Source: Candidatus Eiseniibacteriota bacterium (GTDB lineage: Bacteria > Eisenbacteria > RBG-16-71-46). Taken from it: 64,000 nt of DNA. The notes below the pieces were generated by a model that searched no databases, was not told the DNA's origin, and was given only the letters and a program-made list of their open reading frames with translations. Location of the stretch: positions 1 to 64,000 of the forward strand of contig CAVSAC010000009.1 in NCBI GenBank assembly GCA_963725865.1, given 5' to 3'. Made by a program: the position numbers and the translations under genes. Positions 9,924 through 21,000 of the stretch are shown here, piece after piece. The stretch's first letter is position 1. Each line of letters begins with the position of its first letter.

Positions 9924-10634
9924 GTGCAGGACACCCGCTCGGATCGCGTTCTCACGGCGGTGCGCACGCTGCCGGTGTTCCGCGGGCTCTCCGCCGAGGA
10001 CCAGCGGCGCATCGCCACGCTCGCCAGCGTGCGCGAGTACACGCGCGGCGAGGTGGTGTGGAACGAGGGCGACGCGGCGGAATCGCTCACCATCGTGATC
10101 CGCGGGCGCGTCAAGGTCGTGCGCCACGCCGAGGCCGGCGCCGTCATCCTCGAGCTGTTCGGCCCGGGCGAGCCGGTGGGCGCGATCGCGGTCTACAACT
10201 ACATGCCCTATCCCGCGAGCGCGGTGTGCATGGAGCCGGTGTCGATGCTCGAGATCCCGCGGCGCGAGTTCTTCGAGCTCCTCGACCGCACTCCCGAGTT
10301 CGCCCGCGCCATCATCCGCGAGCAGACCAAGCTGGTGGTGGCGCTGATGCGCAAGGTCGAGGAGATGCGCGGCCAGCGCGTCGACGTGCGCATCGCGCAG
10401 CTGTTCCTGACGCTCGCCGAGCGCATGGGCAAGCCGGGCGCCGAGGGCATCGAGATCACGCTCGCGCTCACGCGGCAGGAGGTCGCCGACCTGGTCGGAA
10501 CCACGGTCGAGAGCGCCATCCGCGTGCTGTCGCGCTGGGGGCGCGAGGGCCTGCTCATCACCGGGCAGGGCCGCTTCGTGATCCCGTCCAAGGAGCGCCT
10601 GCGCGAGGCGGTGGACAGCAGCGCGGCGGAGTGA
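9924..10634 (+). CDS. Crp/Fnr family transcriptional regulator (DNR/NnrR-like, no FNR Cys cluster)
   Basis: cNMP-binding fold (GRVKV, GEPVG), HTH LTRQEVADLVGTTVESAIRVLS; GTG start after GGAGG. Confidence 0.9.
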   Translation: MQDTRSDRVLTAVRTLPVFRGLSAEDQRRIATLASVREYTRGEVVWNEGDAAESLTIVIRGRVKVVRHAEAGAVILELFGPGEPVGAIAVYNYMPYPASAVCMEPVSMLEIPRREFFELLDRTPEFARAIIREQTKLVVALMRKVEEMRGQRVDVRIAQLFLTLAERMGKPGAEGIEITLALTRQEVADLVGTTVESAIRVLSRWGREGLLITGQGRFVIPSKERLREAVDSSAAE

Positions 10635-10661
10635 CGCGCCGCGCGGCGCTCGCGCGCCGCG

Positions 10662-11901
10662 CTAGATCCCGCGCAGCGTGCCGGCGATGGGACGGCGTGC
10701 CGCCTGGAGCGAGGGCAGGAACCCGCCCACCAGCCCGAGCAGGCCCGAGAACACCAGCCCGAGCACCAGCTCGAGCGGGCCGACGCGGAACGCGAACGCC
10801 GACTCGCTGAACGACGAGAAGTTCGTCGTGCTGGTGGTGATGCCGTTGATCGGCAGCGCCAGCAGGCAGCCGAGCGCGCCGCCGATGAGCGCGATCAGGA
10901 ACGACTCGATCATGAACGACAACATGATCGCGAGCGGACTGAAGCCGAGCACCAGCAACGTGGCGATCTCGCGCGTGCGGGCGCCGACCGAGGCGAACAT
11001 GGTGTTCACCGCCCCGAACACCGCCCCCACGGCCATGATGAGGGTGATGAAGATGCCGAGCACGCGGATCAGCGTGGCGAGCATCTCGGACTGGCGCGCG
11101 TAGCAGTCGCTCTCGCGGTAGACGTCCACGCCGAGGCGCGGGTCGCCGCGCAGCTGCGCCGCCACCGCGGCGAAGCGCGAGGTGTCGCGCAGCGCGAAGG
11201 TGACGCTCTGGAACACCTCGCCGCGGAACACCGGCATGAGCACGGCGTTGTCGCCCCAGATCTCGGACTCGAACGCCGAGCCCGCGGCGGAGAAGTGCCC
11301 CACCACGGTGAAGTCCCTCTGGCCGAAGCGCAGCTTCTCGCCGACCTCGCAGTCGGCGAAGCGCGGGCCGACCTTCTCGCCCACGATCACCTCGTCGGTG
11401 CCGGGCGCGAACATGCGGCCCTGGACCATCCGCACGCTGTCGCGCAGCGCGAGCGCCGCCGGGTCGATGCCGCGCACGGTGATGTTCGAGGAGCCCTTCT
11501 GGCCGCGGCGCGCGCGGTTGTTGACCACCACCATCTCGGCGCTGACCAGCGGGCGTCCGTCGGGCCCCTTGGCGACGCTCGGGCAGCGCCGCGAGGATGT
11601 TCGCGGACTCGCGCGACACGCCGCTCGAGATCTCGCTGTCGGCGCCCTTGCGCAGCACGAGCACGTTGCGGGCGACGCCGGTGCTCTCGATCGAGCGCTG
11701 GAAGCCCGCCGCCAGCGCGAGCGCGCCGATCAGGATCGCGACCGTGAGCGCGATGCCGACCGCGGTGGTGAGCGTCGAGATCGGGCGCTGGGTGACGCTG
11801 CGGAAGTTGTAGGCGAACGGCACGCCGCGCAGCAGCCAGTGCAGCACGAGCACCACCAGCAGCGGCACCACGATCATCAGCAGCAGCGGGAGCATGGCCA
11901 T
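10662..11901 (-). CDS. ABC transporter permease, MacB/FtsX family (frameshift near 11585)
   Basis: LRKGADSEISS, VQGRMFAPG.DEVIVG, NTMFASVGARTREIATL..LGF. Confidence 0.85.
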
Positions 11902-11914
11902 CGGTCGCCTCCGC

Positions 11915-13102
11915 TCAGTCGACGCGCCGCAGCGCGTTCACGATGCGCAGGCGGGACGCCTGCCAGGCCGGGATGAGGCCGCTCACCGCGCCCATCAGCG
12001 CGGCGAACCCGATGCCCGTGAACACGGTGGACCAGTACACGCTCATCGGCGGCAGGAAGCCGCCGAAGTTGAAGCGTGACCACTCGATCAGGAACTTGGC
12101 GAGCAGCGCCCCGGCGAGACCGCCGCCGATGGTGATGATCGCGGCCTCGAGCAGGACGACGCCGAAGATGGTGCCGTCGCTGAAGCCCAGCGTCTTGAGC
12201 ACGCCGATCTCGCTGGTGCGCTCGCGCATCGACATCACCATGGTGTTGGCCGCGATCACCAGGATCGCTGAACACGATCGCGAGGCCGATCATCGCAGCA
12301 CGAACGGCAGGTTGCCGTACATGCTGACGAAGCCGGCCTGGAACGCCTGCTCGCTCTCGGTGTGGGTCGCGGCCGACGAGTTCTCGAACAGCGCGTCGAC
12401 CGCCTGGCGATGCGGCGACGCGCTCGGGCTGGGGATCTGCAATCGAGCACGTAGATGCCGACCATCGCGGCGCCATCCATGCCCTTCTGATCCAGGTACT
12501 TGTAGTGGAAGAACAGGGTCTCGTCGCCGAAGCCGCGGTTCGTGGCGTGGTAGACCCCGCGGATGACGAAGGGCCACGTGCCCCGGAAGATCGTGCCGTC
12601 GAGGGGGATGGTCTGGCCCAGCTTCCAGCCCTTCTTGGTCATGAGCTTCTCGCCCACGACGCACGCCGTTCGCTCGTGCAGAAGGCCGCCAGCTTCGGGT
12701 CGAGGCCCGGCGGCACCGCCACGGCGCCCTGCGGGGGCGAGGACTGCGATGATCGCCATGTCCTTCGCGTACATCGGGAAGAAGTCGTCGTCCACGGCGA
12801 ACTGCGCGTAGAAGTCACGCGGGTCGACCGGGTCCGGCCGCCGAACCACTTCTGGATGCACACGCGCTTCACGCCCGGGCAGCGCCGCGATGCGCTCGCG
12901 GTAGGCCCGGCATCGGAAACATGAGCGAGATCGCGTTGCGCACGACGAGGCGCGACTCGCTGCCGACCTTGATCGATTCCTGCAGCGTGTCGAGCACGCC
13001 GCCCAGCGAGCAGAACAGGAACAGCGCCGCCGAACATGCTGAGGAACGTGAGCGCGGTGCGCAGCTGTTGCGGCACAGGTTGACCAGGACGAGCCGGAAC
13101 AT
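11915..13102 (-). CDS. ABC transporter permease, MacB/FtsX family (multiple frameshifts)
   Basis: [31 protein letters not shown]. Confidence 0.8.
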
Positions 13103-13121
13103 GCGAGGCTCCCGGCGCGCA

Positions 13122-13806
13122 TCAGTTGGACAGCACGCCCTTGTCGAGGTGCACGCATGCGGTGCGCGCGCTCGGCGGCGTGCGGGTCGTGCGTGACCAT
13201 GACGATGGTCTTCTTGAACTCGCTGGTTGAGCCGCTCGAGCAGCTGCAGGACCTCCTCGCGCGACTTGCGGTCGAGGTCGCCGGTGGGCTCGTCGGCGAG
13301 CAGCACCGCTGGGATCGCTCGACCAGCGCGCGCGCGATCGCGACGCGCTGCTCCTGGCCGCCCGAGAGCTGGCGCGGGTAGTGCTCGAGGCGGTCGCCCA
13401 GGCCGACCAGCTCGAGCGCGGACCTCGGCGCGCTTGCGCCGCTCGGCGGCGCTCATCTTGCACGAGCAGCAGCGGCAGCTCGACGTTCTGCGAGCGCGGT
13501 CAGCACCGGCATGAGGTTGTAGAGCTGGAAGATGTAGCCGATCGTGCGCCGAGCGCCAGTGCGCCAGCGCGCCGCCCTTGAGCCGCGCGATGTCCGTGCC
13601 GCGCGACCATCGAGCTGTCGCCCGAGGTCGGCTGGTCGATGCCGCCGATCAGGTTGAGCAGCGTGGTCTTGCCGCTGCCCGACGGACCCATGAGCGCGAC
13701 GAACTCGCCCTCGTCGATGTCGAGCGACAGGCCGTCGAGCACCGGGACCGACTGCCGTGTCGCGGTGGTAGACCTTGCGGACGTCGCTGCACCTCGACCC
13801 AGCCAT
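13122..13806 (-). CDS. ABC transporter ATP-binding protein, LolD/MacB type (multiple frameshifts)
   Basis: [45 protein letters not shown]. Confidence 0.85.
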
Positions 13807-13831
13807 GGCGTCTCCTCCGGTAGCGGACGGT

Positions 13832-15027
13832 TCAGCGTCCGACGCGCTACACCGCGCTGCCGTCCTTCAGCCCGGCGGGGGCTGCAGCACCAGGCTCTCG
13901 CCGCCGGCGAGGCCCTGGCGGATCTCGACGTTCTGATCGCGCGCCGCGCCCACGTCGACCGGCGACCGAGCGCGCCGTGCCTCGGCACCACCCACACCCG
14001 CGTCGCGTCGCCCGCGCTGCACGACCGCGGCCTGCGGGCACCAGCACCCGGCGCGGCGCGGTCGCGGCGGCGGTCGCGCCCGGGCTCGCGAACGAACGCA
14101 CCTTGGCGCCCATCTCGGGCAGGATGCGCGGGTCGCGGTCGAGGATCGAGACCTTGACCAGCACCGTCGCCTTCTGGCGGTCGGCGGTCGGCACCACCTG
14201 GCGCACGCTGCCGGCGAACGACGTGTCGGGGTAGGCGTCGAGCGTGATGCGCGCGGCTGGCCGTTGCGGATCCTGCGCGATGTACGCCTCGTTCACGTCC
14301 ACCTCGACCTCGAGCGTCCGCAGGTCGGCCATGGTGACGATGGCGGTGCGCGTGAGCCCGCCGCCGGCCGACGAGGGCGCCACGATCTCGCCGACCTCGG
14401 CGTCCTTGCGCAGCACCGTGCCGTCGAACGGCGCGCGCACGCGCGTGTTCTCCAGGTTCGCCGCCGACGAGCTCGGCCTGGGCGCGCGCGCGCTGCAGCT
14501 GCGCGGCGAGCACGTCGACCCGCGTCTGCGCGGTCTCGAGGTCGGAGTCGGAGACCAGGTCCTGCGCCCGCAGCGCCTGCGCGCGCTCCAGGTCGCGGCG
14601 CGCCTGCGCGAGCTGGGCGTCGATCCTGCGACCTCGTTCGCGTGCGCGGCGTGGACGGCCGCCTCGTAGTCGGCGCCCTCGAGCCGGGCGATGACCTCGC
14701 CGCGTCTTCACCCGCGAGCCCTCGGTGACGCCGATCCACGCCAGCCGGCCGAGGATCTTGGCCGAGACGCGAGGCCTTCGTGCGCGCCACGACGTAGCCG
14801 TTGGCGGTGATGCCCTCGCCCGACATCGCGCTGCCGCCGCCGGTGGCCTCGGCGCTCGCCGACCTTGACCGTCGATCGGGCGCGGCGCGCAGCACCGGAA
14901 CCAGGCGACCACGGCCAGCACCAGGACGAGCGGCACCACCACAGCACGAGCGGCCGGCGCCGCCCCCCGCGGCGGCGCGGCGGGTGCGGTCGATGCGGAG
15001 CGCGGAGAGGTCGGGCCGGCTGGTCAT
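13832..15027 (-). CDS. Efflux periplasmic adaptor / membrane fusion protein (multiple frameshifts)
   Basis: [55 protein letters not shown]. Confidence 0.85.
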
Positions 15028-15407
15028 GGGGCATCCGAGGGGTTCGGTCTCGAAGACGGGTGCAGGAGGTCGCGGAGTGTCCGGGGGCGGTCACGGTCTC
15101 GGTCAAGCGCCCGCTCAGGATGCCCCGGAACTGCGCGGTGCGCGTGCCGAAGGAACGGACCTGTGCGAACGGCTACGTCCCGGTCCATGAGGGGCGAGAG
15201 CGGTGGGTCGATCGGCGCCGAGGCGACGAACGGTCGCAGTCGTCGGCGGGCAGCCTCGCCGCGCGGCCCGGCGATCCTGTCGCGTCCGACGTCGCCCGGT
15301 GGCCTCGCCAGTCCTAGACAGCCGCGTCCAGACTCGTCCGGCGACATCCCGGCTGCCGCTTCCCGCGCGGCGCCCCCGATGCGACTCGTGTCATCCGGAG
15401 GTCCCCC

Positions 15408-15642
15408 ATGCCGTTCGTCATCGCCGAGCCGTGCATCGGTGTGAAGGACAAGTCCTGCGTCGAGGTCTGCCCCGTCAACTGCATCTACGAGGGCGAGGAC
15501 CAGTTCTACATCCACCCCGACGAGTGCATCGACTGCCAGGCGTGCGAGGCGGCGTGCCCGGTGCAGGCGATCTTCCCGGACAACGGCGTGCCCGAGAAGT
15601 GGCAGCTTCACCGCCAAGAACCGCGAGCTCTTCCAGAAGTGA
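15408..15642 (+). CDS. 7Fe/8Fe ferredoxin (frameshift near 15605)
   Basis: MPFVIAEPCIGVKDKSCVEVCPVNCI...IHPDECIDCQACEAACPVQAI; GGAGG RBS. Confidence 0.9.
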
Positions 15643-15721
15643 GCGGTCCGCGCGGGCATGCGCACCGAGGCGGCGCCTCGGCGACGGCTGCTCGCTTCGC
15701 ATACCGCGCGGAGGACGCATC

Positions 15722-16296
15722 ATGACCGACGGCGCGCTGCCGACGCGCGAAGCAGGCGCTCGCGCTGCTGCACGAGTGGATCGAGAACGTCGCCCTGCGC
15801 AAGCACTGCTACGCGCGTCGAGGCCGCGATGCGCGCCTACGCGCGCCAGTACGGCGAGGACGAGGAGCGCTGGGGACTCACCGGCCTCATCCACGACTTC
15901 GACTGGGAGCGGCACCCGAGCGCCGAGCTGCCACCCGATGCAGGGCGTCGCGGTGCTGCGCGAGCAGGGCTGGCCCGAGGACGTCTGCCGCGCCGTGCTC
16001 GGGCACGCGACCTACAGCGGCGTGCCGCGCGACACGCTCATGGCGCGGGCGCTGTTCGCCTGCGACGAGCTGTGCGGCTTCCTGGTGGCGTGCTCGCTGG
16101 TGAAGCCCGAACAAGTCGCTCGCCGAGCGTCGAGGTGGCCTCGGTGAGGAAGAAGCTCAAGCGCGCCGACTTCGCGCGCAACGTGAACCGCGACGACATC
16201 GTGAACGGCGCGGCCGAGCTGGGCGTGGACCTCGACGCGCACATCGCGTTCGTGCTCGACGCCATGAGCGGCATCCACGGCGAGCTGGGACTCTAG
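15722..16296 (+). CDS. HD-domain phosphohydrolase (frameshifted)
   Basis: LRKH..EAAMRAYA..WGLTGLIHDFDWE..LFACDELCG..FARNVNRDDI. Confidence 0.8.
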
Positions 16297-16306
16297 CCGG
16301 GCACGC

Positions 16307-16993
16307 TCACGGGCGCCGCAGCGTGCCCACCGGCGACAGCGTCTCCGAGCCGTCGCCGCGCACCGCCGCCACGCGCCACAGTACCGCGCCGCCGCCGCGC
16401 ACCGCGGCCGGCAGCGAGTCCGCGGCCAGCAGGCGCGTGGTGTCGAGGCCGGCCGCGAGGGTGGCGAGCGGCTCGAGCGCGGTCGAGAACAGGCGCACCT
16501 CGTAGCGCGCCGCCTCGGGCGCGCGGCTCCAGGTCAGCCGCACCGCCCCATCCGGCTGCCACTGTGCCGGGGCGGCGACGAAGTCCGACGGGGCGCCGCC
16601 GCGCAACACCACCTGCGGGCCCTCGGCGGGCCGGCGGGCGATCACGAGGACCGCGCCCGCCACCACCACCAGCGCCGCGAACGCCCACGCCGGCCGCAGC
16701 GCGGCAGCGGACAGTGCCGCCCACCACGATCGCGCGGGCTCCTCGCGCCGCGCCGCCGGCGCCGTCGCGGCGCTGCCGCCGAGCCACTGCTCGCGCCACG
16801 CGCTCAGCCGCGCGTCGGCCTCGTCGGCGCGCGCCGCGGCCGGGACGTCGCCCGGCGCGAGGAAGGCGCGGTACGCGTCGGCGAGTGCGCGGCAGCGCGG
16901 GCAGCTCGCCAGGTGCGCGCGCCGCGGGTCCGACTCGGCGAGCGCCAGCACCGCGGCGATCTCGTCGGCGGGGATGCAGGGCACCGGGGTCAT
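16307..16993 (-). CDS. Putative zinc-binding (ZAS) membrane anti-sigma factor
   Basis: HLASCPRC (HxxxCxxC), one TM segment, ATGA overlap with the upstream ECF sigma gene. Confidence 0.75.
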   Translation of the reverse strand: MTPVPCIPADEIAAVLALAESDPRRAHLASCPRCRALADAYRAFLAPGDVPAAARADEADARLSAWREQWLGGSAATAPAARREEPARSWWAALSAAALRPAWAFAALVVVAGAVLVIARRPAEGPQVVLRGGAPSDFVAAPAQWQPDGAVRLTWSRAPEAARYEVRLFSTALEPLATLAAGLDTTRLLAADSLPAAVRGGGAVLWRVAAVRGDGSETLSPVGTLRRP

Positions 16994-17576
16994 GCTTCCT
17001 CCTGAGCGCGCGCATCGAGGGCGGCGCGCAGGCGCCGCCGCGCGCGCTGCAGCAGCCCGCGCGCGCCGGTGGCGGAGTCGAGCGCCATGATGCGCGTGAT
17101 CTCGTCCACCGGCAGGCGCTCGAAGCAGCGCAGCCACAGCGCCTCGCGCTCGTCGGCGTCGAGGTGACGGGCCATCAGCTCGCGCAGCCGCTCCTCGTCT
17201 GCGCGCTCCTGCCACGCCTGCGCCGGATCGGGGTCGGACGCCGGCAGGCTCTCGAGCGCGTCGTCGTCGCGCAGCAGCGCCGGCGCCACGACCGCGTTCA
17301 GGCAGCGGTTGCGCGCGATCACGAACAGCCACGACGAGAACGCGGAGCGCCCCTCGAACGTGTGCAGGTGTTCTAGGCCCGCATGAACACCTCCTGGGTC
17401 ATCTCCAGCGCCCGCTCGTGGTCCCGCACGTAGCGGTGGCACCACAGGTAGACGCGCCGCTGGTAGCGGCCGAACAGCTCCGACGCCGCCGCCCGCGACC
17501 GCGCGCCCGCCGGATCGCGGGTCGCCTCGCTCACGAGCCGCTCGTCGTCGAGCGTCTGGAGACCAGGTTCCTTCAT
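16990..17576 (-). CDS. ECF sigma-70 factor (frameshift near 17375)
   Basis: ELFGRYQRRVY..EMTQEVFMRA..FEGRSAFSSWLFVIARNRCLN; region 4 at the C-terminus. Confidence 0.85.
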
Positions 17577-18073
17577 GTCATGAGACCGTCGCAGGCCGGT
17601 GGAATCACGCGCTCGGGGCCCCAGGGCAGGGAGCGGCCAGGCCGGGCGCAGCGGACGGCGGACACCATAGTGGGCGCTGCCGCCCGCCACAATGGTCTCG
17701 GTGCGCGCTCGGGCGACCCGGCGGTGGCGTGGGCGAGGAGGGCGCAGCGCCCGCGCGGGGCCGGAGGGCAGCGAGCCCGGGCGCCGGAATGGGACCGCCG
17801 TCGGATCGGGCATCGAGCTCGTTCCGGCGGCGGTGACCATCTGCATCTTCCGGCCGGCGGTCCCCCTCAGAGGTTCCGCTCTCGGCCGCGCCCATTGGTT
17901 CGATGGGCGAGTGAACGCCGGGGAGCTCGTTGCCTCCCGCGACGTCGATACGATTCCACTCCCGCCGGGGCCCGCCGTCAAGCGGATCTTCGCAGCCTGG
18001 CGGAAGGGGCGGCCCGCCTGCGCGGACCGCCCCAGGCGGCGCCCTGCCAGCGCCGTCCGCACGCTCGCCTCGA

Positions 18074-21000
18074 TCAGCGCATCCGCACCACCCGCCGCGT
18101 CGCCTCGAAGCCCGCCCAGCGCGCCCGCACGAAGTAGAGCCCGCTCGCCGCGCGCCCGCCCGCCTCGCCGCGGCCGTCCCACACCAGCACGTGGCGTCCC
18201 GCCGCGAGCGTGCCGTCCGCCAGCGTCCGCACGCGCCGGCCCTGCATGTCGAACACCGCCACCGAGACCTCCTGCGCCTCGGGCAGCCCGAGCACGAGGT
18301 TGACCGCGCCCGCGGCGGGGTTCGGCCACGCCGCCGAGAGCGAAGCGAGCGCGGGCGGCGCGAGGTTCCCGGCGTCGAGCAGCGCGCCGCCGATGGTGAA
18401 CGCGCCGCTGGTGTCGGCCACGCCCGCGGAGTTCGCGTCGACCACGCGCAGCCGGGCGTTCGCGGTCGCCGGGGGCGTGACGCGCCAGGTGTAGGTGCTC
18501 GAGCCGGCGACGAACACGCTGCCGGCGGGCAGGTCCGAGGCGATGCGCTCCCAGATCGCGCCCCCGTCGCGCGAGACCTCGAGGTGGATGCGCCGCAGAC
18601 TGAAGCCGGGCGTCCACGTGATGGTCTGGGTGCTCGCGGCATCCCAGCTCTCGCCGCCCGCCGGGGCGGTGAGCGTCACCGACTCGAACGTCGAGACCGG
18701 GCACGGGTTCGACAGCACGTGCACGCGGTCGGGCGTGCTGCCCGCGACGAGGTAGTCCGGCAGGCCGGCCGCGCCGGCATCGCCGCCCACCGGGACGCCG
18801 CGCTGGGTGCCCAGCACGATCGCGGGCTCGGCGATGAAGGCCAGGGGCGTGATGCCCTGCAGGAACTGCCGCGCGAACAGCGTCAGCGAGCGGTCCTGGC
18901 CCGACACCACCGCGAGGTCCTCGTTGCCGTCCATGGTGTAGTCCTGCATCACCAGCCCGCGCGGGTCGGGGACCCCGGCGAAGCTCACCGGCGCGGCGAA
19001 CGTGCCATCGCCGAGCACGCCGGCGCCATTGCCCTTGAGCATGGTGACCGCGCCGGGATGCGAGTCGTTGGTGGCGATCAGGTCGAGAATGCCGTCGCTG
19101 TCGATGTCGCGGGCGAGGAGGTGGTTGGGGCTCACGCCCGCGGTGTACGCCACGCTGGGGGCGAAGGTGGCGTCCGGCAGCCCGCTGGCCAGGTTGCCGA
19201 GGGCGACGTGGATGCCGGAGAACGCCGAGTCGGGATTCACCACCGCGATGTCGAGCGCGCCGTCCTCGTTGAAGTCGGCGAGCGCGATGTCGGTGGGCCC
19301 CTTGCCGAGCGAGACGAAGCCGCCGGTCTTCGGGACGAACGTGCCGCTGCCGGTGTTGTTCGCGCCCTGGCCGATCAGCACCCGGGCGTGAGCGCCGAGC
19401 GGCACGGTGGCCACCAGGTCGAGGATGTCGTCGTGATCGAGGTCGCCCGCGGCGATGCCCGAGCACGCGGAGCCCAGCGCGACCGCCACCGGTGCGGCGA
19501 ACGTGCCGTCACCCACCGCGCCGCTTCCCGAGTCCGCGCAGCGTCGCCACGCCGGTGGGGGTGGCGATCGCCAGGTCGAGGATGCCGTCCTCGTCGAAGT
19601 CGGCGGCGGTGATGCCGTTCGCGACCAGCCCGGCGCCGAACGTGGCCGCGGCGCCGAGGCCGCCCGCCGGGGTCCGGAGCTGGACCGAGACCCCGGTGCC
19701 GGTCGCCACCGCGAGGTCGGCGCGCCCGTCCTCGTTGAAGTCGGCGCTCACCGCGGCGCGCGCATCGGCGGGCCCCGCGACCGAATCCGTCACCGCGACC
19801 GCGGTGCACAGCACGAAGTCCGCGTCGCTCGCGTCGAAGCGCGTGGGCACGAACGAGTCGGTGACGCGCGCGCGCATGTGGGAGCTGAGTGGACCGGACA
19901 CCGGCCACAGGAACGTGGTCCCGTAGAGGTTCCTGCCGACGGTCTCCCAGTGCGCGCCGCCGTCGTGCGAGATCGCCACGTCCACCGCGATCACGCTCGC
20001 GCCCTTGGTCCAGCCGATGGTGGCGGTGTTGCCCGCTCGCAGCTGGAAGGTGGCCCCCGCGGCGGGGCCGGTGACGGTGAGATCGGTCGGCAGCGTCGGT
20101 GCGCACCCGTTGAGGCGCACGTCGGTGCGCGCGGTCGCCCCGCCGAGCGTGCCCAGCCCCGCGTCGGGCGAGCCGTTCTCGTCGAAGTCACCGACCACGA
20201 TGCCGAACGCGCCGGTACCGGTCAGCGTGGGGCCGGGCACCGCGGTGAAGGTGCCGTTACCGGTGGCACCGGTGCCATTGCCGTACAGGAAGGTCAGCAG
20301 GTTGGAGGTGTTCGAGGTCGCGATCAGGTCCGCGCGGCTGTCCTCGTCGACGTCGCACACCGCGATCTGGTCGCCGCCTCCGGCCGAGCGCACGCCGGCG
20401 AGGAAGCTGCCGGCTCCGTTCCCGCGCAGGTAGAGCACGCTGTCGGCGCGCGCGAGCACCAGGTCGAGGAACGAGTCCTCGTTGATGTTGGCGACCACGA
20501 AGTCGTTCCAGCCCTTGGTCAGCGGCATGGTCACCTGACGGCTGAACGTGCCGCTCCCGGTGCCGGTCGAGCCCGGCGGCCGCACTCCGAGCATCACCAC
20601 CAGGCTGTCGACGCTCTGCAGCACCGCATCGTTGAGCGCGACGATGTCGAGGGCGCCGTCGTTGTTGAGGTCGGCGAGCGCCAGCTCCACCGCCTGATCG
20701 GGGATGGTGACCGGCACCGGCGCGGCGAACGTGCCGTTGCCCTGTCCGTCGCCGCCCTGGCCGAGCACGACCCGTCCGCCGGGAACCAGCGCGTTCGACG
20801 TGACGAAGTCGAGGATGCCGTCGGAGTTCACGTCGCCGACCGCGAACCGCGTCGAGGCGACGTTCAGCACCGTCACCGGCGGGTCGAACGTGCCGTCGCC
20901 CACCCCCGCGGCACCCCGGCCGTGGCGCAGCTGGACCGTCATCGCGGCGGTCTCGATGGTGAGCAGGTCGAGGATGCCGTCCTCGTCGACGTCCTCGAGC

